DNA of 64,000 nt from Escherichia coli (lineage in GTDB: Bacteria; Pseudomonadota; Gammaproteobacteria; Enterobacterales; Enterobacteriaceae), in the NCBI RefSeq assembly GCF_029227855.1, contig NZ_CP074358.1. The stretch is one strand, 5' to 3'. The notes below the pieces were generated by a model. It worked only from the letters and a program-made list of their open reading frames with translations. It was not told the origin of the DNA and ran no database searches. This document shows positions 9,271 through 18,135 of this stretch, piece by piece. Both the position numbers and the translations under genes were made by a program. Every line of letters starts with the position of its first letter. Positions within the stretch are counted from its first letter, which is position 1.

Positions 9271-9663
9271 GTGGACGATGAACGGAAAAGGAAAAAATTC
9301 ACACTTTATCTGCATCCGGAAAAAGCTGCAGACTTTCAAACTTTGGAAGCGATAGAGTCCGTTCCGCGTTCTGAGCGTGGTGAGCTGTTCCGGAATGCAT
9401 TTATTTCTGGAATGGCGTTACACCAACTTGATCCTCGCCTGCCTGTATTGCTGACTGCCATTTTGAGCGAGGAGTTTTCAGCAGATCAGGTTGTAACCTT
9501 ACTCAGTCAGACGACTGGATGGAAGCCTTCTCAGGCCGATATCAGAGCTGTGTTGACTGAACTCGGTGCTTTGCAATCTGCTGAAAAAATGCCTCCTTCT
9601 GCTACTGATTCGGTGCAGGAGGCAATGAATGATGTGCGCCTTAAAATGCAAAAATTATTCTGA
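9271..9663 (+). CDS. parR: ParR/StbB centromere-binding adaptor
   Basis: Small basic ORF directly after parM; in-frame GTG at 9271 chosen just after the parM stop (ORF-track ATG at 9235 would overlap parM by 32 nt). Confidence 0.65.
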   Translation: MDDERKRKKFTLYLHPEKAADFQTLEAIESVPRSERGELFRNAFISGMALHQLDPRLPVLLTAILSEEFSADQVVTLLSQTTGWKPSQADIRAVLTELGALQSAEKMPPSATDSVQEAMNDVRLKMQKLF

Positions 9664-9674
9664 TATATCAGAAT
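9657..9674. repeat. Perfect 18-bp palindrome attctgatatatcagaat containing the stop codons of both convergent genes (parR and impB)
   Basis: Read directly; TGA at 9661-9663 (+) and TGA at 9670-9668 (-) are symmetric within the palindrome. Confidence 0.8.
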
Positions 9675-10939
9675 GAAGCAATGGGGATCTCAGTCCATTG
9701 TGTTGTATACGAAGGCGAGAGCATTTCCCGTTTCATTTGCCATTCAGGGGCGGTTCCTCGCCCCGCAAACCACACTTTCCCTTTTCCCGACTGGTTCAGT
9801 TCATCGAGTGTTTTCATTAACTTTTCACTGTTTTTACGGGGCTGGATTTCATCAAATAATCCCGGCTGCGCTATACCCGATGGTGTGAAATCAGCCAGCA
9901 TGACTCCTGCCTTCATATAGCGGTACCCTTCACGCCAGACATGGTTTAAGGCTCTGCATGCGGCGGCAATAATGTCCCGGCTGTCCTGTGTGGGCAATGG
10001 AAGCTTTTCCACAGCGGCATTGCTGTAACAGGGTTCTTTTACTGCAAAGGGGGATGTCCGTACAAATGTCGTCACCTGCCGGCAATACTGACGCTCCCCA
10101 CGTAGTTTCTCTGCGGCCCGCTCTGCATACTGAACAACAGCCTGGTGCATGGCATCTTTGTCTGTGATTCGTTCACCAAAACTGCGACTACAGACAATCT
10201 GCTGTTTTGCCGGTGGTGCTTCTTCCAGGGATATGCAGGACTCGCCGTTGAGTTCGCGTACCGTACGCTCAAGAATGACGCTGAAGTTTTTCCGGATGAA
10301 TGCCGTGTTAGCCTGCGCCAGCTGCAGTGCTGTGTTAATACCCAGCGCATTCAGCTTTTCCGTCAGTCTGCGTCCTACTCCCCAGACCTCACCAACTGGC
10401 TGCAGCCCCAGTAGCTTCAAGGTCCGATTACGGTTTTCTGCCGTCAGCGCGACCACTCCGGAAAACTGTGGCCATTGCTTTGTTGCCCACTGTGCACTTT
10501 TAGCCAGCGTTTTTGTAGGCGCAATGCCCACCCCCATGGTGAGTCCTGTCCAGCTCTTTACCTGTTCCCTGAGCTGATGACCAAAAAACTCCGGAGAGAT
10601 GCAATGATTTATCCCCCGCAAATCAATAAACATTTCATCAATTGAGTAGGGCTCAACTGCGGGAGAAAGCGACTCCAGAACAGCCATGACCCGTTGGCTC
10701 ATGCTGTGGTACAGCGCATAATTGCTGGAAAATACATGTATTTTCTTCTCCAGGCGCATCTGTCTCACCTGAAACCAGGGCTGCCCCATTCTGATGCCAA
10801 GGGCTTTTGCCTCCGGGCTGCGCGCGATCACACAGCCATCGTTATTGCTGAGTACGATGACCGGTTCGTTGCGAAGGTCCGGGCGGAAAACTTTTTCACA
10901 TGAGGCGTAGAAACTGTTGATATCAGCCAGTGCAAACAT
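9668..10939 (-). CDS. impB: Y-family error-prone DNA polymerase catalytic subunit (UmuC/MucB/ImpB family)
   Basis: N-terminus MFALADINSFYASCE...VIVLSNNDGCVIARS, typical UmuC/DinB fold; 423 aa. Confidence 0.9.
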   Translation of the reverse strand: MFALADINSFYASCEKVFRPDLRNEPVIVLSNNDGCVIARSPEAKALGIRMGQPWFQVRQMRLEKKIHVFSSNYALYHSMSQRVMAVLESLSPAVEPYSIDEMFIDLRGINHCISPEFFGHQLREQVKSWTGLTMGVGIAPTKTLAKSAQWATKQWPQFSGVVALTAENRNRTLKLLGLQPVGEVWGVGRRLTEKLNALGINTALQLAQANTAFIRKNFSVILERTVRELNGESCISLEEAPPAKQQIVCSRSFGERITDKDAMHQAVVQYAERAAEKLRGERQYCRQVTTFVRTSPFAVKEPCYSNAAVEKLPLPTQDSRDIIAAACRALNHVWREGYRYMKAGVMLADFTPSGIAQPGLFDEIQPRKNSEKLMKTLDELNQSGKGKVWFAGRGTAPEWQMKREMLSPSYTTQWTEIPIASF

Positions 10940-11376
10940 CAGCGTAACTCCCGCGTCCTGTGTATCACGTGAGTGACAACACCAAAAATACAGATGTTTT
11001 CCGGATACAGTGTGCGGAATTCCGGGCTGTCTGAAACCGGCTCCAGTGCCGGGCGTGGGCGCAACAGCAGTCGTTTGACGGTGAACTCACCGTCGATCTC
11101 AGCGATAACGATGTCCCCGTGTTGTGGTTTTTCGGCCCTGTCCACTACCAGCAGATCACCATTCTGCACGCCAGCCTGGTTCATCGATTCACCGCTGGCG
11201 CGCAGAAAGAAGGTGGCTGCAGGTCTGCTGATGCAATAGCTGTTCAGATCCAGTTCCTGCTCAGCATAATCAGTGGCAGGCGAAGGAAAACCGGCCTGGC
11301 AACGATCGGCAAACAACGGTCGCACGTAACTGTCATCGCCTGAAGGGTCAGCCGGACGGTGATAAACGGTACTCAT
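10939..11376 (-). CDS. impA: UmuD/MucA/ImpA-like LexA-type S24 peptidase accessory subunit
   Basis: 145 aa; S24 self-cleaving peptidase motifs (…AGFPSPA… SM… VVDR… GDIVIAEIDGEFTVKRL). Confidence 0.9.
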   Translation of the reverse strand: MSTVYHRPADPSGDDSYVRPLFADRCQAGFPSPATDYAEQELDLNSYCISRPAATFFLRASGESMNQAGVQNGDLLVVDRAEKPQHGDIVIAEIDGEFTVKRLLLRPRPALEPVSDSPEFRTLYPENICIFGVVTHVIHRTRELR

Positions 11377-11621
11377 GCTGCAGGCAGCCAGCTGTCGTCC
11401 TGCCAGATTTCTTCCAGCAGAGACAGGATACGTTCTTTATCCTTGTCGTTGCGGGCTCCTGTGACAGATACAGACGGGGCGCTGCCCTGGTCAATACGCA
11501 GCCAGATTTCCGGGTAGTGTGGTTTCAGACGTTGTTCGATTTCATTCTGTAGCGCCTGAAGTGTGCCTGATTTGAGGTTTTTTGTGCTCTGGCGGTCGAA
11601 AAGAATTTCAATGCGGATCAT
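11373..11621 (-). CDS. impC: ImpC-like small protein, first gene of impCAB operon (82 aa)
   Basis: Start moved to MIRIEILFDR (ATG 11621, ggaga RBS); overlaps impA start; position and size match ImpC. Confidence 0.7.
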   Translation of the reverse strand: MIRIEILFDRQSTKNLKSGTLQALQNEIEQRLKPHYPEIWLRIDQGSAPSVSVTGARNDKDKERILSLLEEIWQDDSWLPAA

Positions 11622-11644
11622 GTTCTCATCTCCCTTTTCTTTTG

Positions 11645-11660
11645 CTGTATGTATATACAG
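11645..11660. promoter_or_regulatory. LexA (SOS) box CTGTATGTATATACAG upstream of impC
   Basis: Matches CTGT-N8-ACAG consensus, about 25 bp upstream of impC start. Confidence 0.75.
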
Positions 11661-12012
11661 TATTCTAATAACTGAATTCACACAGTCAAATGTCCTTATT
11701 GTGACTAAAAAACGCTCAGCTCTCTGAGTGTGTGCCTGTATGCCTGCTGTGGACTGCTGTGTCCAGCTTATCCACAGCATTATGCGCACGGTTCTGTGGA
11801 CAAAATACCTGGTTACCCAGGCCGTGCCGGCACGTTAACCGGGCTGCATCCGATGCAAGTGTGTCGCTGTTGCCGGCCTCCTCACCCGGTCACGTTTCGT
11901 CGTTCCTCCTCCACGCGCTGCGGCTTCGGGGCCGCACCTGCATTCGTATGCGGTCGCCCGGTTACAGGTGCGGCACGGCCTGATGGAGGCCGCATGTAAG
12001 AGGAGAATTCCC

Positions 12013-12939
12013 ATGCCAAACTGGTGCGCCAATCGTATGTATTTTTCTGCCGAACCGGCACAGATTGCTGAGATTAAACGACTGGCCAGCGGTGCCGTCA
12101 CACCGTTTTATCGCCGCGCCACAAATGAAGGTATTCAGTTGTTTCTGGCCGGAAGTGCCGGACTTCTGCAAACCACTGAAGATGTGCGGTTTGAACCATG
12201 CCCCGGACTGAGCGCTGCCGGACGTGGCGTTGTATCGACGGAAAATATTGCGTTCACCCGCTGGCTGACACTCCTGCAGGACAGTGTACTGCTGGATGAG
12301 CAAAACTGCCTGATGCTGCATGAACTCTGGCTGCAGAGCGGTACTGGACAGCGTCGCTGGGAAGGATTACCGGATGATGCCAGGGAAACCATCACTGTGC
12401 ATTTCACCGCAAAAAGAGGTGACTGGTGTGACATCTGGGGTAACGAGGATATATCGGTGTGGTGGAACCGTCTGTGTGACAACGTACTGCCGGAAAAAAC
12501 CATGCCGTTTGACCTGTTGACGGTTCTGCCGACCCGCCTGGATGTTGAAGTAAATGGCTTTAACGGTGGTGTTCTGAACGGTGTTCCTTCTGCATATCAC
12601 TGGTATACAGAACGGTATGGCGTGAAGTGGCCTTGTGGGTATGACCTGAATATCAGCAGTCAGGGAGAAAACTTCATTCAGGTTGATTTCGACACGCCGT
12701 GGTGTCAGCCGGAAAGCGACGTTATTGCAGAATTAAGCCGCCGTTTCAGCTGCACGCTGGAGCACTGGTTTGCCGAACAGGGCTGTGATTTCTGTGGCTG
12801 GCAGTTGTATGAGCGCGGAGAGCTCGTTGATGTGCTGTGGGGGGAACTGGAATGGTCTTCCCCGACAGATGACGATGAGCTGCCGGAAGTCACCGGACCT
12901 GCGTGGATAGTCGACAATGTGGCGCATTATGGCGGATGA
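12013..12939 (+). CDS. Conserved hypothetical protein (308 aa), Cys/Trp-rich, first + strand gene of the leading-region block
   Basis: ATG 12013 with aggaga RBS; followed by hairpin terminator; no catalytic motif recognised. Confidence 0.55.
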   Translation: MPNWCANRMYFSAEPAQIAEIKRLASGAVTPFYRRATNEGIQLFLAGSAGLLQTTEDVRFEPCPGLSAAGRGVVSTENIAFTRWLTLLQDSVLLDEQNCLMLHELWLQSGTGQRRWEGLPDDARETITVHFTAKRGDWCDIWGNEDISVWWNRLCDNVLPEKTMPFDLLTVLPTRLDVEVNGFNGGVLNGVPSAYHWYTERYGVKWPCGYDLNISSQGENFIQVDFDTPWCQPESDVIAELSRRFSCTLEHWFAEQGCDFCGWQLYERGELVDVLWGELEWSSPTDDDELPEVTGPAWIVDNVAHYGG

Positions 12940-12952
12940 AGTATGACGGAGA

Positions 12953-12978
12953 CGGGCGGGCAACCGCCCGTTTCTTTT
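12953..12978 (+). terminator. Rho-independent terminator-like hairpin
   Basis: cgggcggg-caac-cgcccg followed by tttctttt. Confidence 0.55.
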
Positions 12979-13323
12979 CCGGTAAAGGATGTCGCCGTGC
13001 TCCTCTTTTTACTGCGCCGGCTGACGCGGCGCGGCATAAACGCTGCCTGTGGTCAGTGTCCCGCGTCCGGTGGGTACGGGACGGGCGCTTTTACCGCTCC
13101 CGGCTGGCGTCGGTGACAGTGTACGCCAGCCTGTCGCCCTTTTCTGATGAGCGCCCTTCAAGCCGCTTTCGCGGCATAGCCTTGCCGTCAAAAAGACGAC
13201 GGCTGCGGTATTCCACGGTCGGCCTGACCCGTTACCGGACGCGGTGAACAGCCCACAGGCAGCGGGGAACGGGCACCACAGGGGTGCCCTCCCGGTGCCT
13301 TCTGTAAGAGAAGGAGTGTTGTT

Positions 13324-14007
13324 ATGTCCCGTTTTGTCCTCGGTAACTGCATCGATGTTATGGCCCGTATTCCTGATAACGCCATTGATTTCATACTGAC
13401 TGACCCGCCATATCTCGTCGGTTTCCGTGACCGTTCCGGGCGCACCATCGCCGGTGATAAAACCGACGAATGGCTGCAACCGGCCTGTAATGAAATGTAC
13501 CGCGTGCTGAAAAAAGATGCGCTGATGGTGAGCTTCTATGGCTGGAACCGCGTCGATCGCTTTATGGCCGCCTGGAAAAATGCGGGATTCAGCGTGGTTG
13601 GCCACCTGGTATTTACCAAAACCTACACATCGAAGGCCGCATATGTGGGCTATCGCCACGAATGCGCTTACATCCTGGCAAAAGGGCGTCCGGCGCTGCC
13701 TCAGAAGCCATTGCCCGACGTGCTGGGCTGGAAATATTCAGGCAACCGCCATCACCCGACGGAAAAGCCTGTTACCAGCCTGCAACCACTGATTGAGAGC
13801 TTCACACACCCGAACGCGATTGTGCTGGACCCGTTTGCAGGCAGCGGCTCAACCTGTGTGGCTGCCCTTCAGTCCAGACGCCGGTATATCGGTATCGAGC
13901 TGCTTGAACAGTATCACCGTGCCGGACAGCAACGACTGGCCGCCGTGCAACGGGCCATGCAGCAGGGGGCCGCGAATAATAACTGGTTTGAACCGGAGGC
14001 TGCGTAA
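13324..14007 (+). CDS. Orphan DNA methyltransferase (N6-adenine/N4-cytosine type, beta-class motif order)
   Basis: DPPY motif IV (ILTDPPYLVGF) precedes motif I (FAGSGSTCVAA); RBS agaaggag; no restriction endonuclease partner nearby. Confidence 0.85.
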   Translation: MSRFVLGNCIDVMARIPDNAIDFILTDPPYLVGFRDRSGRTIAGDKTDEWLQPACNEMYRVLKKDALMVSFYGWNRVDRFMAAWKNAGFSVVGHLVFTKTYTSKAAYVGYRHECAYILAKGRPALPQKPLPDVLGWKYSGNRHHPTEKPVTSLQPLIESFTHPNAIVLDPFAGSGSTCVAALQSRRRYIGIELLEQYHRAGQQRLAAVQRAMQQGAANNNWFEPEAA

Positions 14008-14229
14008 ATGAACTATGCCGGACACGAAAACCTTCGTGCTGAAGTGGCGGAGGTGGCCAATGCCATGTGTGACCTTCGGGCCAGGCTGAACGATATGGAG
14101 CATCGCTGTCGCTTTGATTCCGATGTGCTCGTTGAACGCCTGGCACGCCAGACGCTGTATCGCGCCAATCGCCTGTTCATGGAGGCATATACCGAAATTC
14201 TTGAACTGGATGCGTGCTTCAAAGATTAA
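14008..14229 (+). CDS. Small hypothetical protein (73 aa), translationally coupled to the methyltransferase
   Basis: ATG directly abuts the upstream TAA stop. Confidence 0.45.
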   Translation: MNYAGHENLRAEVAEVANAMCDLRARLNDMEHRCRFDSDVLVERLARQTLYRANRLFMEAYTEILELDACFKD

Positions 14230-14241
14230 GGGGGAGACGAA

Positions 14242-14676
14242 ATGTACGGAACATGCAAAACGCTCTGCCGGGAGCTGGCAGCAAAGTATCCGGGAGACAC
14301 GCCGCTGATGCTGCTTATCTGGTCCCCGGAAGAGATTCAGGCCCTCGCTGACGGAATGGATATTTCCCTGTCCGATCATGAAATCAGGACTGTCCTGGCG
14401 CGCCTGGAGGACATCCCGGAAGACCAGCGGACTGAATCCGGTATTTCTTCCGCCGCTGCGATGGAGATTATCAGCAACGTGAGCGAAAACCGCCAGGTGA
14501 CCGTCTCTGCTGAACTGCTGGCGTCCCTGATTCAGACTGCTGAACAGGCACTGTGGAAACGTGAATGGGCCGCCCGGGATCATGGCCTCGCCGTCCCGGA
14601 ATGCGTCACCCGCCGTCAGGCGGTGATTAATCAGGCCCGCACCCTGCTGAAAAACAACACACACGAAAACGACTGA
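14242..14676 (+). CDS. DUF1380-like leading-region protein (paralog of 16394-16816)
   Basis: Shares acidic helical pattern and RQVTV(S/P)A motif with the 16394 ORF; family assignment from memory. Confidence 0.55.
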   Translation: MYGTCKTLCRELAAKYPGDTPLMLLIWSPEEIQALADGMDISLSDHEIRTVLARLEDIPEDQRTESGISSAAAMEIISNVSENRQVTVSAELLASLIQTAEQALWKREWAARDHGLAVPECVTRRQAVINQARTLLKNNTHEND

Positions 14677-15293
14677 TGTTATCGCCGCCTGCCCTGCGGG
14701 CGGCGATACAGGGAGAACGCTTAATCATGAACGAAAACTGCACGCTGAACGCACTGATTTGTCGTCACGCCCGCAACCTGCTGCTGGCGCAGGGCTGGCC
14801 GGAGGAGACGGATGTTGATCAGCGAGATCCACAGAACTATCCGGGCTGGATCAGCATTTACGTGCGGCTGGATGCGCCCCGGCTGGCGACGTTACTCGTC
14901 AACCGCCACGATTGCGTACTGCCGCCGGTCCTGGCTTCCGCCATGCAAAAACTGACCGGAACCGGGGCGGAGCTGGTACTGTCCGGCAGTCAGTGGCAGT
15001 CGCTGCCGGTACTTCCGGCAGACGGAACGCAGGTGTCTTTCCCGTATGCCGGCGAATGGCTGATCGAAGACGAAATCAGGGCTGTACTTGCGGCGGTGCG
15101 CGATGCGGTACGCAGTGTCAGTTGCCGGGTGGCAGAAGATGCACGGCGTATCCGGGCGGCGCTGACCACCACCGGTCAGACGTTGCTGACCCGCCAGACG
15201 CGCCGCTTTCGTCTGGTTGTGAAGGAAAGCGATTACCCCTGCTGGCTTGATGAAGATGACGAAAATCTGCCGTGGTGCTCGATGCCATTCTGA
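14676..15293 (+). CDS. Hypothetical protein (205 aa if coupled start TGATG at 14676; 188 aa if ATG 14727)
   Basis: Start overlaps upstream stop; alternative ATG at 14727 has gggaga RBS. Confidence 0.45.
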   Translation: MLSPPALRAAIQGERLIMNENCTLNALICRHARNLLLAQGWPEETDVDQRDPQNYPGWISIYVRLDAPRLATLLVNRHDCVLPPVLASAMQKLTGTGAELVLSGSQWQSLPVLPADGTQVSFPYAGEWLIEDEIRAVLAAVRDAVRSVSCRVAEDARRIRAALTTTGQTLLTRQTRRFRLVVKESDYPCWLDEDDENLPWCSMPF

Positions 15294-15505
15294 ACCGTGG
15301 CGCACGTTTTTCCTCTGTGGAAATGTACCTGGTCTGTGAGTGTGTGGAGCATATCCTGGCCAGTGGTCTGGTCTGTGATGTGCTGCGTATACCAGATGAA
15401 CCGTCCCGTCGCTGGTTTGACCGGGATATTCTGCGGGAGGTTGTTCTGGAGGCACGGGATGAAATCCGCAGCATGGCGGATGCACTGGCGAAAATCCGGA
15501 AATGA
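15272..15505 (+). CDS. Small hypothetical protein (77 aa, GTG start)
   Basis: Overlaps end of upstream ORF by 22 nt; followed by hairpin ggcgg-ggaaaaatct-ccgcc with T-rich tail. Confidence 0.3.
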   Translation: MVLDAILNRGARFSSVEMYLVCECVEHILASGLVCDVLRIPDEPSRRWFDRDILREVVLEARDEIRSMADALAKIRK

Positions 15506-15921
15506 TGACGCTGGCGGGGAAAAATCTCCGCCTTTTCCAGCCGGTCCTCGGACAGAGCACAAAGGAAGTCGCCGCCGGGTCCGCTTTACCCGGCCATGCA
15601 GGGCATGGCCTTGTGGTTTTTCAGTTATGTGGCCTCAGCGTCGTGTGCGGGCTGTGCCGTGCCTCCATCTTAGCCGGGCTGGCGTTGATGCAAGGGTACG
15701 CTTCGCCGCTGCGGTCACCCGGTCCCTCCTTCCCGTCTGCCGTGATTTTCCGGTCGTTCACCCGCTCAGATTTCGCGGTCTCACCCTGCAACTCCCGTCA
15801 GCCGTGTGCGTCAGGCTGCGGCTTCCCTTGCGCCCCTGCATCCCCGCCTGTTCGCCCGGCTTTTATGGAGGCACGGCACCGCCCGGTGTCGCGGAATATG
15901 TGAACAACAGAGGAAAACATC

Positions 15922-16347
15922 ATGCAATATGCGAAACCTGTCACTCTGAATGTTGAAGAGTGCGACCGTCTCTCCTTTCTGCCGTATCTGTTTGGCAACG
16001 ATTTTCTGTATGCCGAGGCGTATGTGTACGCGCTGGCGCAAAAAATGATGCCGGAATATCAGGGAGGCTTCTGGCACTTCATCCGCCTGCCGGACGGTGG
16101 CGGTTACATGATGCCGGATGGCGACCGTTTCCACATGGTGAACGGTGCAAACTGGTTTGACCGTACCGTGAGTGCTGATGCCGCAGGCATCATCCTGACC
16201 TCCCTTGTGATTAACCGCCAGTTGTGGCTGTACCACGACAGCGGGGATGCAGGACTGACCCAGCTTTACCGGATGCGCGATGCGCAGTTGTGGCGTCACA
16301 TCGAATTTCACCCCGAATGCAACGCGATTTACGCGGCTCTGGACTGA
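15922..16347 (+). CDS. klcA: Antirestriction protein, KlcA/ArdB family
   Basis: [31 protein letters not shown] and [12 protein letters not shown] match recalled KlcA/ArdB pattern; 141 aa. Confidence 0.8.
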   Translation: MQYAKPVTLNVEECDRLSFLPYLFGNDFLYAEAYVYALAQKMMPEYQGGFWHFIRLPDGGGYMMPDGDRFHMVNGANWFDRTVSADAAGIILTSLVINRQLWLYHDSGDAGLTQLYRMRDAQLWRHIEFHPECNAIYAALD

Positions 16348-16393
16348 TTAACGGACGGGGCGGCAATGCCGCCCCTGTAAAGGAGACGAGAAC

Positions 16394-16816
16394 ATGTACT
16401 GTACTGTTAAAGAAATTATCCGCGAAGTGCTGGATACAGACGTGCCGGACAGTGAATGCGTTTTTGCCGTAGTGCTGACCCGTGGGGATGTGCGTCACAT
16501 AGCCCAGGACTGGAGTCTGACAGACGATGAGCTGGAAACCGTCATGCAGCGGCTGGACGATGCCTTTGAATATGGTGCGGATGTCAGCGTTGTTCACGGC
16601 GTTGTTCGTGAACTGATGGAAGAAAAGCGCGCCAGCCGTCAGGTGACAGTCCCGGCGGTGATGCTGGAAAAAGTGATGGCGCTGGCAGGCAGTGAAATGA
16701 AGCGCCTGTATGCCGTCGGGAGTGAGAACGGGGGCGACGGTGACGCATTCGTCAGGGAGGAACGCGAAGCAATGGACGTTGTGTTACAGGCGCTGGACGG
16801 GGAGACGATGTCATGA
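16394..16816 (+). CDS. DUF1380-like leading-region protein (140 aa)
   Basis: Acidic protein immediately after klcA, paralogous to 14242 ORF. Confidence 0.55.
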   Translation: MYCTVKEIIREVLDTDVPDSECVFAVVLTRGDVRHIAQDWSLTDDELETVMQRLDDAFEYGADVSVVHGVVRELMEEKRASRQVTVPAVMLEKVMALAGSEMKRLYAVGSENGGDGDAFVREEREAMDVVLQALDGETMS

Positions 16817-17004
16817 ATATCAGCACAGAAACCCGCGAAATTCTGCGTAATTACAGGGCCGTGATTAATGCGCGGCGTCGTGAAATGGGGCAGAAACCGC
16901 TCACCACCGCGCAGATTGTTGATGAAATCTGCGATTTTGTGGCGAATCAGCAGGCGGTTTTCCTGGGCGGTCACTACATCTTACAGGGTAGCAGAAACAG
17001 GTGA
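16813..17004 (+). CDS. Small hypothetical protein (63 aa), coupled (ATGA overlap)
   Basis: Start overlaps stop of upstream ORF. Confidence 0.4.
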   Translation: MNISTETREILRNYRAVINARRREMGQKPLTTAQIVDEICDFVANQQAVFLGGHYILQGSRNR

Positions 17005-17169
17005 TACAGGGGCAGGCGGTGGAGGCCGCCTGTCAGTCCGCGCGAAAACCCCTGGCAGGCTGACGCCTGCCGGAAGGGAAGCGGACCACGCTGGCGCGTC
17101 GCCCGTTACCCTTCCCGTCTGTGATGTGTCTGACTCAGGAGTGTTTCTTTCTTATGTTATGGAACTGTT

Positions 17170-17625
17170 CCTGATGTTGTTGTTCCTTTATCTGCTGCTC
17201 TGATTCTGACTACTGCAGTGTTGTTCTGTCTGCCGGGCGCACCTTCGGCTCCCGGCATCCCGGCAAAAGGCCGCCGGGATGTAAGGGGCAACGCCGTTTC
17301 GCGCACGCGCTCTCCGTCGTTGCGGCGGGTCCCTGCTCATTGCCTGCCGGTGCCACACACCCGTATGAGTCCCTGTCGCCGGGGGCTGATACAGCCACAA
17401 CCTGCCGCACTGACTGTCCAGGGTAAATGAACAGCCCACAAAATTTTTTACCCAAAACCCGGTAAAAAATTTTGCGTTCTGCCCAGGACAGGTGCGTCAG
17501 GCCGTGGCAGTGATGCCCCTTGCGGCGAAGGTTCTCAAACGGGTGAAGTTCATACCACAGGGAATACAGCAGCAGGTTCCCGCGAAACGTCAAAACCGCG
17601 GCTCCCGAAACTCAACGGGTGATGT
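17170..17625. repeat. Frpo/ssi-like structured non-coding repeat, copy A (short form)
   Basis: Shares 5' block ctgattctgactactgcagtgttg...cgggcgcaccttcggctcccggc and 3' block with copies B and C; lacks ~190 bp internal block; hairpin 17437-17476. Confidence 0.6.
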
Positions 17626-17853
17626 TCTTTAAAAATCAGGATTTATTTCAGGCTCCGGCAATACGCATTTATGTGTTCTGTCAGTCATCCGGCTGGCAGG
17701 TAATGAGAACGCAGGAACAGAAGGAGGAAAACACCGGAGAACGTCAGACGCAGATATGAAAAAAGCAGGTCAGGGACCTGCTTAATCCACACCGCAGAGA
17801 CTGCACGAACAGTCTTTACGGTTTCATTAATTAACGTCATAAGAGGCTAAATT

Positions 17854-18084
17854 ATGACAGTAAGTATTGTTTCACCTTCCGCAGCGGCTGTAAAGCCCCG
17901 CCGTCATCCCCGTTGCAGACGCGAAGACATCCCCGCGCCGGAAATTGACCCCGTGCTGAAAGCCTTCGGGCGACACATTGCCCGGAGTTTTCACCGGGGG
18001 CGTGGTGTACACATCCCCGCCATGAAAAACACGGCCTTCGGGCAGGTGCTCCGCACACTCGAACTGAAACGCGCTTTTAACTGA
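17854..18084 (+). CDS. Small basic hypothetical protein (76 aa)
   Basis: First ORF after repeat copy A; RBS agagg about 10 nt upstream. Confidence 0.35.
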   Translation: MTVSIVSPSAAAVKPRRHPRCRREDIPAPEIDPVLKAFGRHIARSFHRGRGVHIPAMKNTAFGQVLRTLELKRAFN

Positions 18085-18135
18085 TGAGGTGAGCCGCCCC
18101 GCGAGGGGCGGCAACAGACGGAAGGAGAACATTTT

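Noticed and set aside
13849-14664. 271-aa - strand ORF across the methyltransferase and downstream genes (also 13009-13659 and 14892-15560 on the - strand)
   Set aside because: Antisense to a run of + strand genes that have RBSs and start/stop coupling; the leading region is uniformly + strand coded.
17218-17593. ORFs inside repeat copy A (17218-17430 +, 17188-17439 -, 17210-17593 -) and their look-alikes in copies B and C (20259-20927, 25714-26392)
   Set aside because: They recur only because the DNA is repeated; they have no RBS, lie in GC-rich structured sequence, and overlap each other on both strands. Treated as non-coding structured elements.
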